From a virus (Duplodnaviria > Heunggongvirae > Uroviricota > Caudoviricetes): DNA of 64,000 nt. The stretch lies in the IMG/VR virus record IMGVR_UViG_2799113139_000004. One strand, written 5' to 3'. Both the position numbers and the translations under genes were made by a program. Each line of letters opens with the position of its first letter. Positions within the stretch are counted from its first letter, which is position 1. This document shows, one piece after another, positions 35,825-45,796 of the stretch. The notes beneath the pieces are model-generated. The model had not been told where the DNA came from, made no database searches, and saw nothing but the letters and a program-made list of their open reading frames with translations.

Positions 35825-36086
35825 CCGAATTCGCATCAAGCACAAGATCAGCGGCTACTACAAGACTCGTTCCGCGCCCGGTGTCGTCAAAGATCTGGAG
35901 AACCGCGCCAGTCGTGTCGCTGATGCGGCCAATTCTGATTCGGGCACAGGCGGTTTCAAGACAAGCAGCAGGCAAGGTGCGAAGCGCCCAGAAGGCCGTT
36001 GGCGTACGACCGTCATCCCGACGACGTTCAAGGCTATCCGGCACAACGCCAAGCACAACACGTTGGTGAAGCGGCTCCATGGCTGA
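35814..36086 (+). CDS. Head-tail joining / tail completion protein candidate
   Basis: Synteny; 90 aa, basic. Confidence 0.4.
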   Translation: MASSRIRIKHKISGYYKTRSAPGVVKDLENRASRVADAANSDSGTGGFKTSSRQGAKRPEGRWRTTVIPTTFKAIRHNAKHNTLVKRLHG

Positions 36087-36501
36087 GCTGATTATCGCCA
36101 AACCATCCGTAGCCATCGCGGTCAGCGCTCTGACCGCTGGGCTACCACAGACCGGCCTCAGTGGTGTTTACGTCAGCTCGAAAAAGCCTGGCGTCGCCAC
36201 GGGTCATCGCGTCCTGCCGAGCAAGTTCATCCGCGTAACGCGGATAAGCCCCGGTGGGATGCTGAATCGCGTTACCGACCTTGCGCACTTGCTGATCGAG
36301 TGCTGGGCCGATGACGGAGAAGGCGAGAGCCTGGCGAACGCTGCGCGTGGGGTGTTGCGCGCCAGCGCAGGCCACACGATCGCCAGTGGATTCATTCGCA
36401 GTTTCGGAAACGACAGCGGCCCGGTGGACTTCCCCGACCCTGACGTCCCGAGTCATGACCGATATCAGTTCACCGGCGATCTGCTGATCTCCACCAACTA
36501 A
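36079..36501 (+). CDS. Tail terminator protein candidate
   Basis: Position immediately upstream of the major tail gene. Confidence 0.45.
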   Translation: MAELIIAKPSVAIAVSALTAGLPQTGLSGVYVSSKKPGVATGHRVLPSKFIRVTRISPGGMLNRVTDLAHLLIECWADDGEGESLANAARGVLRASAGHTIASGFIRSFGNDSGPVDFPDPDVPSHDRYQFTGDLLISTN

Positions 36502-36568
36502 CCCGTAACGGGTGTCCCCAAGGTCCGGTCCACGTTCCGACTCACTTCTTCAGTGAAGGGGATTAACA

Positions 36569-37150
36569 ATGGCCAATTCCAAGAACATTTGGGCCGCAAC
36601 ACTTCACGAGGACGGCGGTAGCTTCTACCGTGCACCTCTGGGGACTCCGCTGCCCGATGACGCTCTCGATGTCCTTGACGCTGCATTCAAGGACCACGGG
36701 TGGATGGGCGACGACGGCTTCAAGGTAAGCCCGAAGCGTGACACCACCAAGCACAAGGCATTTGGTGGCAGCACCGTGAAGACCACTCAGGACAACTACG
36801 AGTGCACCGTCACGGCCACCATCTACGAGCAGAACATCGTGACGCTGAAGACCGTCTTCGGTGACAGCAATGTCACGGTGGACTACTCCAGTGGTCACGC
36901 CAAGTACCGCGTCGAGTGGTCCGATGCTCAGCTGCCTCGGTCCTCGTTCATTCAGCGGTACATCGACGGTCGCAAGACCGCGCTGAACGTGATCGAAGAG
37001 GGCCAGATCGTTGAGATCGAGGACATCGAGTATGTCCACGACCAACTGGTCAAGTTCACGGTTCACATCGACGTCTACAAGCCGGAATCCGGCAATCCGG
37101 GCGTCTACTCGCTGATCGACGATCCCGACGCCACTGGTACCGGCTCGTAG
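36569..37150 (+). CDS. Major tail protein
   Basis: 193 aa with strong SD; followed by the tail chaperone and tape measure. Confidence 0.7.
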   Translation: MANSKNIWAATLHEDGGSFYRAPLGTPLPDDALDVLDAAFKDHGWMGDDGFKVSPKRDTTKHKAFGGSTVKTTQDNYECTVTATIYEQNIVTLKTVFGDSNVTVDYSSGHAKYRVEWSDAQLPRSSFIQRYIDGRKTALNVIEEGQIVEIEDIEYVHDQLVKFTVHIDVYKPESGNPGVYSLIDDPDATGTGS

Positions 37151-37257
37151 ATCGAAACCTCACCCCGGCATGGGTTGTACCCCTGGACCGGACCGCCCCT
37201 GCCGGGGTGGGGCCGTCCGGTTCGCAAGCAAAGTAACACCGAAAGGTTCGGTCCACC

Positions 37258-37716
37258 ATGACTTTCCGTATCACACCGGCATTTGAAGCGGTGATCGCGT
37301 TCGAGCTTCCCTTGGCCGACGGTGCGACGTTGAGCTTCAAGCTGCCGCACATGAACTTCCTTGGCGAAGACCTCGCCCGCCGGATGAAGAAGAACCTCAC
37401 CGACCTCGATGCGCCGGTGCCGGTCTTCGATGAAGACGGCAACCCCATCCTTGACGACGACGGCGAGCAGGTGACAGAAGTCCCGCGCCGCACCGTTCAC
37501 GAAACTACGCGCGACTCCGCACGCGCCATGCTCAGCGCTGTACTCGATGAGGAGCTGTGCGACCGACTGATGAAGCTGACGGTCGGTGAGCTTGACCAGA
37601 TTCTCGCGCACTGGGCGATGGAATCACGCAAACCTGTTGGCCAGCAAGGCGAAACAACAGACAGCGGCGACACCGGGGTCAACCTGGGGGAATCTTCCGC
37701 CTCCTCGAACTCCTAG
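37258..37716 (+). CDS. Tail assembly chaperone (G-like)
   Basis: Position between the major tail and tape measure genes; acidic. Confidence 0.7.
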   Translation: MTFRITPAFEAVIAFELPLADGATLSFKLPHMNFLGEDLARRMKKNLTDLDAPVPVFDEDGNPILDDDGEQVTEVPRRTVHETTRDSARAMLSAVLDEELCDRLMKLTVGELDQILAHWAMESRKPVGQQGETTDSGDTGVNLGESSASSNS

Positions 37717-38135
37717 ACGAGTGGGGGGAGGCGATCCAAGCAGATCTACTGGATCGCCAGCTTCATCGCCGCGACGTCGGCACACCCGCTCTGTCCTGGC
37801 AAGAGTTCCGAGTGTTCTTGGAGCACTTGGGAACCGACTCCGCGCTATTCAGAGCGCGTCACCCGCGAACGTGGGCGTGGGACCTGAACATCGACATCCT
37901 AGTCGCCATTCTCTTCACCCTGCAGGGTGCGAACTGGCAGCGCGCAGGTGGTCGCGGAGCCAAGCCCAAGCAGATCAAGCGACCCAGTGATGAGGGTCCG
38001 ACGATCGATACGTCAGTCCCGATGGCCGTACGTAAACAGCGGCATGACGACGAGATCGCTCGTCGTCGCGCGATGCGAGATAAGCGGCGCAACAAGAAGT
38101 CTCAGATGATACCGAGAGGAGTTTCCGTTGGCTAA
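37258..38135 (+). CDS. Tail assembly chaperone, -1 frameshift product (G-T-like); slip near GGGGGAA at 37686-37692
   Basis: The -1 frame downstream (LLELLDEWGEAIQADLLDRQLHRR ... SWQEFRVFLEHLGTDSALF) is open to 38135 and coding-like. A G-run slippery site precedes the frame-1 stop at 37714. Confidence 0.5.
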
Positions 38136-41100
38136 AGGCGTTGAACTAGCGGTCGGTTACGTCTCTCTCGTCGCCGAAACGAAGGACCTCCAGAAGGGTG
38201 TCACGCGGGCGCTGAACGCTGCCGGTGACGACGCCGACTCTGTAGGCCGCAAGATCGGCGCGAAGATGGGCCAGGGTGCCTCTTCGTCATTCGGCGACTT
38301 CATGAAGAAGGGCCTCGCGACCGCGGGTATCGCCGGAGGCCTCGCGTCGATCACCGCTGGCTTCACCGCTGCCGTTCAGTCGGGACTCGAATTCGAACGC
38401 AACCTCAACACGATGAAGGGCGTCTCAAGCGCCACCGCCGAAGAGATGGCCCAGATCAGCGCCAAGGCGCGCGACCTGGGTCGTGATGTCACCTTGTCAG
38501 GCACCTCGGCGCAGAGCGCCGCAGCGGCGATGACAGAGTTGGTCAAGGGTGGTCTGAGCGTTCAGCAGGCGATGGAAGCCGCCCGCGGCACCGTTCAGCT
38601 CGCCGCGGCCGCCCAGGTGGACGCCGCGACGGCCGCGACCATTCAGGCGCGCACGCTTCAGACCTTCCATCTGGACGCCACGCGTGCAGCCGACGCTGCC
38701 GATGTGCTGGCCAACACCGCGAACGCATCTACCGGCGAGATCGGTGACTTCGCCTACGGCATGCAGGCCGGTGGCGCGGTCGCGGCCCAGTTCGGCCTCA
38801 CGATGGAAGACACCGCGGCCGCGCTCGGTCTGTTCGCCAACAACGGCATCGTCGGGTCTGACGCGGGCACCATGCTCAAGTCCGCACTGCTGGCACTGAC
38901 CGACTCCGGTAAGCCCGCTGTGAAGGCGATGGAGATGCTGAACCTGCATCTCTACGACGCCAAGGGCAACTTCGTCGGCGTTCGTGAGCTGATCCAGCAG
39001 GTCGCCCAAGCCGCCAAGGATATGACCCCCGAAGAGTTTCAGGGGAACGCCGCGACGCTATTCGGCTCTGACGCTATGCGATTCGCCGGTGTGGCCGCGA
39101 AAGAAGGCGCCGAGGGCTTCGACAAGATGCGGACAGCCGTCACCCGGCAGGGTGGCGCTGCGCAGTTGGCCGCGGCCCAGAACGAGGGGCTACCGGGTGT
39201 CTTCGAGCGACTGACGAACACGCTCGACGACGCGAAGCTAGCGCTCGCTGATGTTCTGAACGGACCGCTCCAGAGTCTCGGCAACTGGGCTAACCAGAAC
39301 CTCGGAGACCTGCTGGACGCGCTCAAGGGTGAATCCAGCAGCGGCGTCTTCTCTGATATCGCCAAGAGCATCAAGGATGCCTGGCCGGATATCCAGAAGT
39401 TCGGCAAGGCGCTGGCGAGCGTGCTCGGCACCATGGGTAGCGCCGCGTGGTCCGCATTCGCGTTGTCTCTCAAGGCGGTTGGTGCGGTAGCTAGCGTTCT
39501 AGCTCCAGTCCTCGGCGCTGTCGCTGACGCTCTCGACGGCCAAGAGGGTGCCGTCATGGGTGTCGCCGTCGCCTGGGCAACGTGGAAGTTCTTGCCTGGC
39601 ATGCTTGATCGGCTGCCGGGGCCACTCGGAAACATCCGGCAGACGCTTCCCGGTGTCATCTCCGGTATGCGCGGATTCCGCGAAGAGATGCAGCTTCAGC
39701 GCAGTCTCGCGCAGATGCAGGGAATCCACCTGAACACCGTCAACAGTGCCATGGCAACGATGGCCGCACGCTACCCGGCGCTTGCGCAGATGGGTGCGGC
39801 ATACCGTTCCGGCTTCGACGGCGCTGACCGATTCCAGCGCACTGCTGGTATCGCGGCCGGCGCGACCAAGGGACTGTCGATCGCCGCTGGCGGTCTGGTC
39901 AGCGCGCTCGGTGGCCCGTGGGGACTCGCGCTCGGTGGCGCATCGATCGCACTCGGCCTACTCGCACAGAAGCATCAAGAGGCCGCCGACAAGGCGGCCC
40001 AGCAGCGCCAGGAGGAAGAAGCGCTTCGGGCCACGCTGGACAAGTCCACGGGCAAGATCACCGAGCAGACGCGCGAAGAGATCGCCAAGAAGTTCCAGGA
40101 CATCGGCACCGATCAGCGTGCGAAGAGCTACGGCCTCGATCCGGCCCAGCTCATGGACGCCGCGACGGGCCTCGGCGATCCCAACGCGTACAACAACATT
40201 CGTAAGAGGGCTGCTGACATCATCGGCGAGCAGACCGCCGACAAGGGCTTCCGTACGCGAAGCGCCATGATCGACCTCAAGAACGCTGGTATCTCAAATG
40301 AAGAGTTGGTCGCCGCACTGCTGCGCGAAGGCAACGCATGGGATGAGGTCAACAAGAAGCTCACTGACTACCAGAACAATCAGAAGAGCCTCGACAAGAA
40401 CTATCAGAAGGGTGTCGATGGTCTTCAGGGATTCATCGACATCATGCCCGATGCGCGCGAATCCTTCATCACGCTAACGCAAAACGTCAACGACCAGCGC
40501 AACTCCATCGGTGATCTGTCGCAGAAGAATCGCGACCTTCAGCAGATGCTCAGAGGTACGTGGGAAGCGACCGACGAAGGCATCGCGCGATTCAAGGATC
40601 TAGGCGCGTCCATCGTCGCGGTACCCAGCGACAAGGAGATCGTCGTAAACGCGCTGACCGACAAGGCTCAGCAGACGTTGAAAGACCTTGGCTACCAAGT
40701 GCAGAAGATGCCCGATGGGTCGTTCAAGGTCACCGCTGACACCGAAGAGGCGCAGCGTCGCATCGCTGAACTCGTCAAGAAGGTCGAGCAGCCACACTCG
40801 ATGCCGATTGACGCAGCGCCAAAGACGTTGCTGAACAACGTCGCTCAGGCGACACCAGAACCCAATAGCGTTGCCACACCGGCACCTGCCGGGCCACAGA
40901 ACCCGCTTGATCTTCTGATTCCCAAGCGTGCTGATGGCGGCGCGGTCTATGGAGAAGGTTCCGCGAAGTCCGACTCCGTTCTCATGTGGGGTTCCAACGG
41001 CGAGCACATGCTGACCGCCAAGGACGTTCAGAACATGGGCGGCCATCGCGGTGTCATGGCGCTACGTCAGGCCGCTGCTCAAGGAATGCTGCCGGGATTC

Positions 41101-42687
41101 AAGGACGGTGGCCCCGTTGATCTGGAAGATCTCTTCGGCGGCCAATTGCCAGCCGGTCTGGCCGACGAAACGGGCATGCAGAACAAAACGATTCTGATGA
41201 ACCGCGCGCTGTCGCTGCTCTTCGGTGACCGCATTCAGAGGATGGGTGGCGTACGGCCCGACTCGATGCCGTTCCATCCGTCCGGGCGTGCGCTCGACAT
41301 CATGATTCCGAACTGGAACACCCCAGAGGGTAAGCAGCTCGGCGATGAGATTCGCCAACATCTGCTGGAGAACGCCAGCGCCTACGGCCTAGAAGACGTT
41401 ATCTGGCAACAGAACTGGACCGGTGCTGGTGGTCAGTCGAGCATGATGGGCGACCGCGGTTCGCCGACCCAGAACCACATGGACCACGTTCATGCAACCA
41501 GTATCGGTGGCGGTAAGCCTCGCAAGAACTCGAAGTATGTTCTCCCCGAAAAGGTTCAGCGCCAGCTCTTGGCGCAACTGATGGCCAATGGCGGTGACCC
41601 GACTGGCGTAAGCGCATCAGGTCTGATGGCGCAGATCATGGGCAACGGGGGAGTGCCGACCAACAGCGGCGTCGGGCGACCGAAGAGCGGTGGCATGGAC
41701 GGCCGCGGAACCGATCGCACCGAGGGCTACATTCCCGCGGCGGCAGGATCGACCGGCCAGGCCGGTACCAGCTTCGCGGCCGGTCTGCTCAACATGGGCG
41801 CAGAAGCCGTCAACGGACTCATCGATCAAGCAGCGTCGGCCGCCGCGACCGCCGCGTCTGCTGCGGCCACCGCTGGCAGCTTCGGCGCTGGTGGTCAGGC
41901 TGCCGGCCCGGCTGCGGCCTTCGCGATCGGCCTGGGTGCGAACGCGGCGAAGCGCGGGGTGAGCTACGGCTTCCAGATGGCCGGTATCGGTGTCGATGCC
42001 CTGGTTGAGCAGTTGTTCCCGTTCGGCGCTCCCCGCTGGCTCGGGTACGACTACACGGGTTTCGTGCCGCACCTTCAGAACCAGGAGGCCGCAACCACGA
42101 CGCTGGAGAAAGCGCAGGCCCAGCAGTCGGCGGTCAATCCCAACACCAAGGAACACGGCAAGGGTGGTGGCGCAGCGCCCGGACCCAAACTGCCGGGTGA
42201 TCCGGTACAACCCGACCAGATACCGGGTGGTGGCGGCGAGATGGCTCAGCCGGTGGCGCAGCCCGGAGGACTCCCCGGTGTAGGTGGTGGTCAAGGACCG
42301 CTGCCCGCACCACCGGCCAGTGCCAACCCGTTCAGTGCGACGACGACACCAACGCCCACGTCGGCTGGACCGGCACCGCAACAGCCGAATTCACCGATGG
42401 GGCCGGAATGGATGCGGATGATGGGCATCTTCGACTCGGGCGGCATGCTTCCTCCCGGTGGCATGGCTATCAATCTGTCCAAGTCACCCGAGCCGGTGCT
42501 CACCGGGCGCCAGTGGTCCGACATCAGTACTGCGGCCGCACGCCAGCCACTCGACCCAGCCGCGCTCCAGGGCAATGACTTCAGCGTGCGGATGGAGAAC
42601 GTCAACGTCAAGGACGTCAACGAGCTGATGGGCCAAATCGAGTCGAAGCAGAAGCTCCAGATGATGCGTTACGCGGGGCGTCCATGA
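38128..42687 (+). CDS. Tape measure protein
   Basis: 1519 aa, Ala/Gly-rich coiled-coil N-terminal half; canonical position. TTG start. Confidence 0.8.
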   Translation: MAKGVELAVGYVSLVAETKDLQKGVTRALNAAGDDADSVGRKIGAKMGQGASSSFGDFMKKGLATAGIAGGLASITAGFTAAVQSGLEFERNLNTMKGVSSATAEEMAQISAKARDLGRDVTLSGTSAQSAAAAMTELVKGGLSVQQAMEAARGTVQLAAAAQVDAATAATIQARTLQTFHLDATRAADAADVLANTANASTGEIGDFAYGMQAGGAVAAQFGLTMEDTAAALGLFANNGIVGSDAGTMLKSALLALTDSGKPAVKAMEMLNLHLYDAKGNFVGVRELIQQVAQAAKDMTPEEFQGNAATLFGSDAMRFAGVAAKEGAEGFDKMRTAVTRQGGAAQLAAAQNEGLPGVFERLTNTLDDAKLALADVLNGPLQSLGNWANQNLGDLLDALKGESSSGVFSDIAKSIKDAWPDIQKFGKALASVLGTMGSAAWSAFALSLKAVGAVASVLAPVLGAVADALDGQEGAVMGVAVAWATWKFLPGMLDRLPGPLGNIRQTLPGVISGMRGFREEMQLQRSLAQMQGIHLNTVNSAMATMAARYPALAQMGAAYRSGFDGADRFQRTAGIAAGATKGLSIAAGGLVSALGGPWGLALGGASIALGLLAQKHQEAADKAAQQRQEEEALRATLDKSTGKITEQTREEIAKKFQDIGTDQRAKSYGLDPAQLMDAATGLGDPNAYNNIRKRAADIIGEQTADKGFRTRSAMIDLKNAGISNEELVAALLREGNAWDEVNKKLTDYQNNQKSLDKNYQKGVDGLQGFIDIMPDARESFITLTQNVNDQRNSIGDLSQKNRDLQQMLRGTWEATDEGIARFKDLGASIVAVPSDKEIVVNALTDKAQQTLKDLGYQVQKMPDGSFKVTADTEEAQRRIAELVKKVEQPHSMPIDAAPKTLLNNVAQATPEPNSVATPAPAGPQNPLDLLIPKRADGGAVYGEGSAKSDSVLMWGSNGEHMLTAKDVQNMGGHRGVMALRQAAAQGMLPGFKDGGPVDLEDLFGGQLPAGLADETGMQNKTILMNRALSLLFGDRIQRMGGVRPDSMPFHPSGRALDIMIPNWNTPEGKQLGDEIRQHLLENASAYGLEDVIWQQNWTGAGGQSSMMGDRGSPTQNHMDHVHATSIGGGKPRKNSKYVLPEKVQRQLLAQLMANGGDPTGVSASGLMAQIMGNGGVPTNSGVGRPKSGGMDGRGTDRTEGYIPAAAGSTGQAGTSFAAGLLNMGAEAVNGLIDQAASAAATAASAAATAGSFGAGGQAAGPAAAFAIGLGANAAKRGVSYGFQMAGIGVDALVEQLFPFGAPRWLGYDYTGFVPHLQNQEAATTTLEKAQAQQSAVNPNTKEHGKGGGAAPGPKLPGDPVQPDQIPGGGGEMAQPVAQPGGLPGVGGGQGPLPAPPASANPFSATTTPTPTSAGPAPQQPNSPMGPEWMRMMGIFDSGGMLPPGGMAINLSKSPEPVLTGRQWSDISTAAARQPLDPAALQGNDFSVRMENVNVKDVNELMGQIESKQKLQMMRYAGRP

Positions 42688-43637
42688 GCACCAACCCGTT
42701 CATCATCGAACCGGATTACTACGAGAACAAGATTCTCGCGATGTGGGTCAGCGGTGACGGTCGCAAGTTCCACACACACGGCGACATTCAAGGGCACGAA
42801 GGAATCTGGAATGCCAAGGGTCAGGTCAAGGGAATCTACGACGCGCCCGTGAAGACCACATGGAAGTCCGGCGCGTTCCAGGATGGTGCAACACAGAAGG
42901 GCCGCAAGGTACTTCAGCGTGACATGCAGCTCGGCTTTCACTGCATCGATACGCAAGGTCGCACCGCTGAAGAGAATGAGTCGGAGTTCCGCAAGATCTT
43001 CGGCTACGAGATCGATGAGTACGACGACGAACCAGAGCCAACGACGCTCGGCATCGAGACCGAGAAGTCCGGCCTTCGCATGCTCGATGTCCTGATGTAC
43101 GAGCAGCCTGATACAGACTTCGACGTCGATCCGATCAAGCAGCAGCACATCAACCTGATTCTGAAACTCCGTGCCGGTCAACCGATGTGGTACGAGGAGC
43201 CGGTCATCTCGAAGTTTATGGACGGTGGCACGTCAGCTTCCGGGTTCATCGAAGTCGAGAACCCTACGGACCAACCGATGCGTCAGAAGTGGATTCTCAC
43301 GCGTGGCGAGTGGGAAGTTCCTGACTTCAGTTGGCGTGGCAAGAAGTATCGCCGGAAGCCTGGTGGCGCTTGGCGTAGCCGAATGATCTCGGTCCCCCCG
43401 ATTACCGATGTCCAAGGTGGCGCAGTCATCAGCCTCAACAAGCAAGACCTGATGATCCGAGATGTCCACTACACCAACATGCTTCCGCTGATGAACGGCA
43501 AGTTCTTCATGCACGTCATACCGCCGTACACGCCAAAGCAGCTTCTCCCGATCAGCTACAAGAACGCTCCCGCAGGAGGTGCCATGGCACAGCTCATTCA
43601 GCCGCGGCTCTGGTCGCGGCCGTGGGGTCTTGAGTGA
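42684..43637 (+). CDS. Minor tail protein (distal tail)
   Basis: Synteny after the tape measure gene. Confidence 0.6.
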   Translation: MSTNPFIIEPDYYENKILAMWVSGDGRKFHTHGDIQGHEGIWNAKGQVKGIYDAPVKTTWKSGAFQDGATQKGRKVLQRDMQLGFHCIDTQGRTAEENESEFRKIFGYEIDEYDDEPEPTTLGIETEKSGLRMLDVLMYEQPDTDFDVDPIKQQHINLILKLRAGQPMWYEEPVISKFMDGGTSASGFIEVENPTDQPMRQKWILTRGEWEVPDFSWRGKKYRRKPGGAWRSRMISVPPITDVQGGAVISLNKQDLMIRDVHYTNMLPLMNGKFFMHVIPPYTPKQLLPISYKNAPAGGAMAQLIQPRLWSRPWGLE

Positions 43638-45361
43638 GCGTCACTGACGCCACCGCCGTACTCGACTACGAACCCATTCATCTTGACTTCGCCAACTTTG
43701 ACCTAGAGGCCCAATGCGAGGTCATCTGGCACGAGACGCTGAAGCAAGAGCGCGCCGAGATCCGGCTACGGCGCCAGCCCCCCGTTGTCCGAATCTTCGA
43801 TGGCGAGTGGGAACTTCACCACGTTCTGGCCGACGAGTACCGCGCTGAATTCTCGTTCATCTCCAACGACTCTGGGCCTGGCCAGACCGACATACCGTTC
43901 ACTTCGGAAGTCGCACAGTGGATTCACGACATGCAAGGTCGCATGGATCGCGGTGAGAAGCGCAACGTCCACATCACTGTGGACTACTGCGGGTCGCGCT
44001 GGTCTGGCCGCCTCGACAAGGCGACTCTTAAGTCCGACGAAGACGGCGACCAAACACTAAGCGTCACTTGGCTTCACGACTACGAAAACCTCAAGTGGTA
44101 TAGCGTTTGGAGTAATCCATTCTTGCCCGCGGCGTTCCAGGCGCCCCGAGCATTTATTCTCGCGGGTCCAGTCCCTTGGATCTTGAAGCTAAGTCTTTTT
44201 CTCCAATTCCTCCGGGAACACAACCCGCTCATCACAATTCCCGATGACCCGCTGAATCTGGCTCAATGGTTCGGCAGTCTCGACCAGTCGAACTGGAGCA
44301 TCGTCGTCAAGCCGACGACCTTCTTCGAAGAGATGGCCAGCGGTGCCATCTGGGGCATGGTGTCGTCGCGCTGGGCGAACTGGCACGACATGGCCAAGGT
44401 CATGCTCGAAGACGCCGAGTACAGCGTGGTATGTCGCCGGTTCCTCGATGGCGACCCTGAACCGTGGCCCGGCGCGAACCTGCGAAGCGGAACGCTGGTC
44501 ATCGACATCGTTGACAAGTCCGGCGTCTACATCGGAACGTCCAACGGCGGAACGATGTTCGACGGCCTTCTCCGCACGGCCGCTGAATTCTCCGATGACT
44601 TCATCGACTCAACAGACGATCTGATCGCTGACAACGACATACCCGAGGACTACTTCATCCCCGGCTTGCGGCTGACGCACAAGTCACGGCCCTACGTCAT
44701 CTTCCGCGACGGCGACCAATCACCAATCCAGACATCAGAATTCACCGTCTCGCCAGCCAAGGGTATTCAGGTCAACGTCGGTGGTCACTCGATGCCTGGC
44801 GTGAACGAGGCCATCAGTGCATCTATCCAGGCATCCTTCGACATCATCGGCGGCATAGCTCAGATCGGCTCGCTCGGCGGCACCGTTGACACGCTCGTAA
44901 AGCCCCTCTACGAAGACACCGTACTCGCCTGGTGGAGCGTCAAATCGACAGAGCGGGCGCAACATTCGGGATGGTCGCGGTACTTCGAATACTTCCAAGA
45001 CGGCGCAAACAAGGCGTACACAATCGCGGCGCTGATGGTGATGAGGGCGGGCTTTTGGGCAACCAAGACGACCATCAGTTGCAAGGTATCTGTCATCGAC
45101 GGTGCACCATTCATGGTGGGGGACAACGGATTAGGGCATTTTTTCCTTGACGACCGTGTGGGTATATCCATACGAAACGACACGCGTCACCGAATCCAGA
45201 TGGATCGGTGCCGACGACTCGATCTCAAGTGGGACGAAGAGAACCCGCCTGAGTGGCAACTGACCATTGGTGACGAGCGAGCGCTTCAGGACCCGGCCCA
45301 AAGGGCTTGGGGCAAGATTGAATCCATCGTCGCTGCCCTTCGAGACCTGGGGGTCTACTAG
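43634..45361 (+). CDS. Minor tail protein (baseplate hub/Tal-like)
   Basis: Synteny; 575 aa. Confidence 0.55.
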   Translation: MSVTDATAVLDYEPIHLDFANFDLEAQCEVIWHETLKQERAEIRLRRQPPVVRIFDGEWELHHVLADEYRAEFSFISNDSGPGQTDIPFTSEVAQWIHDMQGRMDRGEKRNVHITVDYCGSRWSGRLDKATLKSDEDGDQTLSVTWLHDYENLKWYSVWSNPFLPAAFQAPRAFILAGPVPWILKLSLFLQFLREHNPLITIPDDPLNLAQWFGSLDQSNWSIVVKPTTFFEEMASGAIWGMVSSRWANWHDMAKVMLEDAEYSVVCRRFLDGDPEPWPGANLRSGTLVIDIVDKSGVYIGTSNGGTMFDGLLRTAAEFSDDFIDSTDDLIADNDIPEDYFIPGLRLTHKSRPYVIFRDGDQSPIQTSEFTVSPAKGIQVNVGGHSMPGVNEAISASIQASFDIIGGIAQIGSLGGTVDTLVKPLYEDTVLAWWSVKSTERAQHSGWSRYFEYFQDGANKAYTIAALMVMRAGFWATKTTISCKVSVIDGAPFMVGDNGLGHFFLDDRVGISIRNDTRHRIQMDRCRRLDLKWDEENPPEWQLTIGDERALQDPAQRAWGKIESIVAALRDLGVY

Positions 45362-45792
45362 TGACGATGCCCGCGATGAATCCTAACTTCGGGATGCAGA
45401 ACGCCAAGGCGGCCGACTACGAGTTCACCAAAGGATTTCCTACGCGCGACAACTGCGACCTAGAGAACCCGCGGGAGATGTTTCTGTGGACACTGGTTGC
45501 ACTGCCTGGTGTCGTCGGCGCTCAGTTGGTCATGCCGATCAGCTACAACATGGCCGTCTCGGAACATCTCTACGAGTGTGGCGCGCGACCGACTGCTGAG
45601 CCGGTCAAGAAGTGGATCGCACCGAAGGCCAACGGACCGCACTGGATGACCTCACCGGGTCAATGGGTGCCGCTCGATACCCCGGTGGAAGAGCAGCATC
45701 CGGCTGATGTCGCGATCGACAAGCTGTCACGTCTTCAGCAGGCCGAACTGCTTGAGCGGCTTCTGAAGAAGCGCGAGCAGGGCGAGCTGTAG
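45361..45792 (+). CDS. Minor tail protein / hypothetical
   Basis: Synteny; GTG at 45361 or ATG at 45367. Confidence 0.4.
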   Translation: MTMPAMNPNFGMQNAKAADYEFTKGFPTRDNCDLENPREMFLWTLVALPGVVGAQLVMPISYNMAVSEHLYECGARPTAEPVKKWIAPKANGPHWMTSPGQWVPLDTPVEEQHPADVAIDKLSRLQQAELLERLLKKREQGEL

Positions 45793-45796
45793 CTAG

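Noticed and set aside
37586-37990. 134-aa ORF overlapping the tail chaperone frameshift region
   Set aside because: Its frame matches neither the G nor the G-T product, and its Arg/Pro-rich composition indicates a spurious frame.
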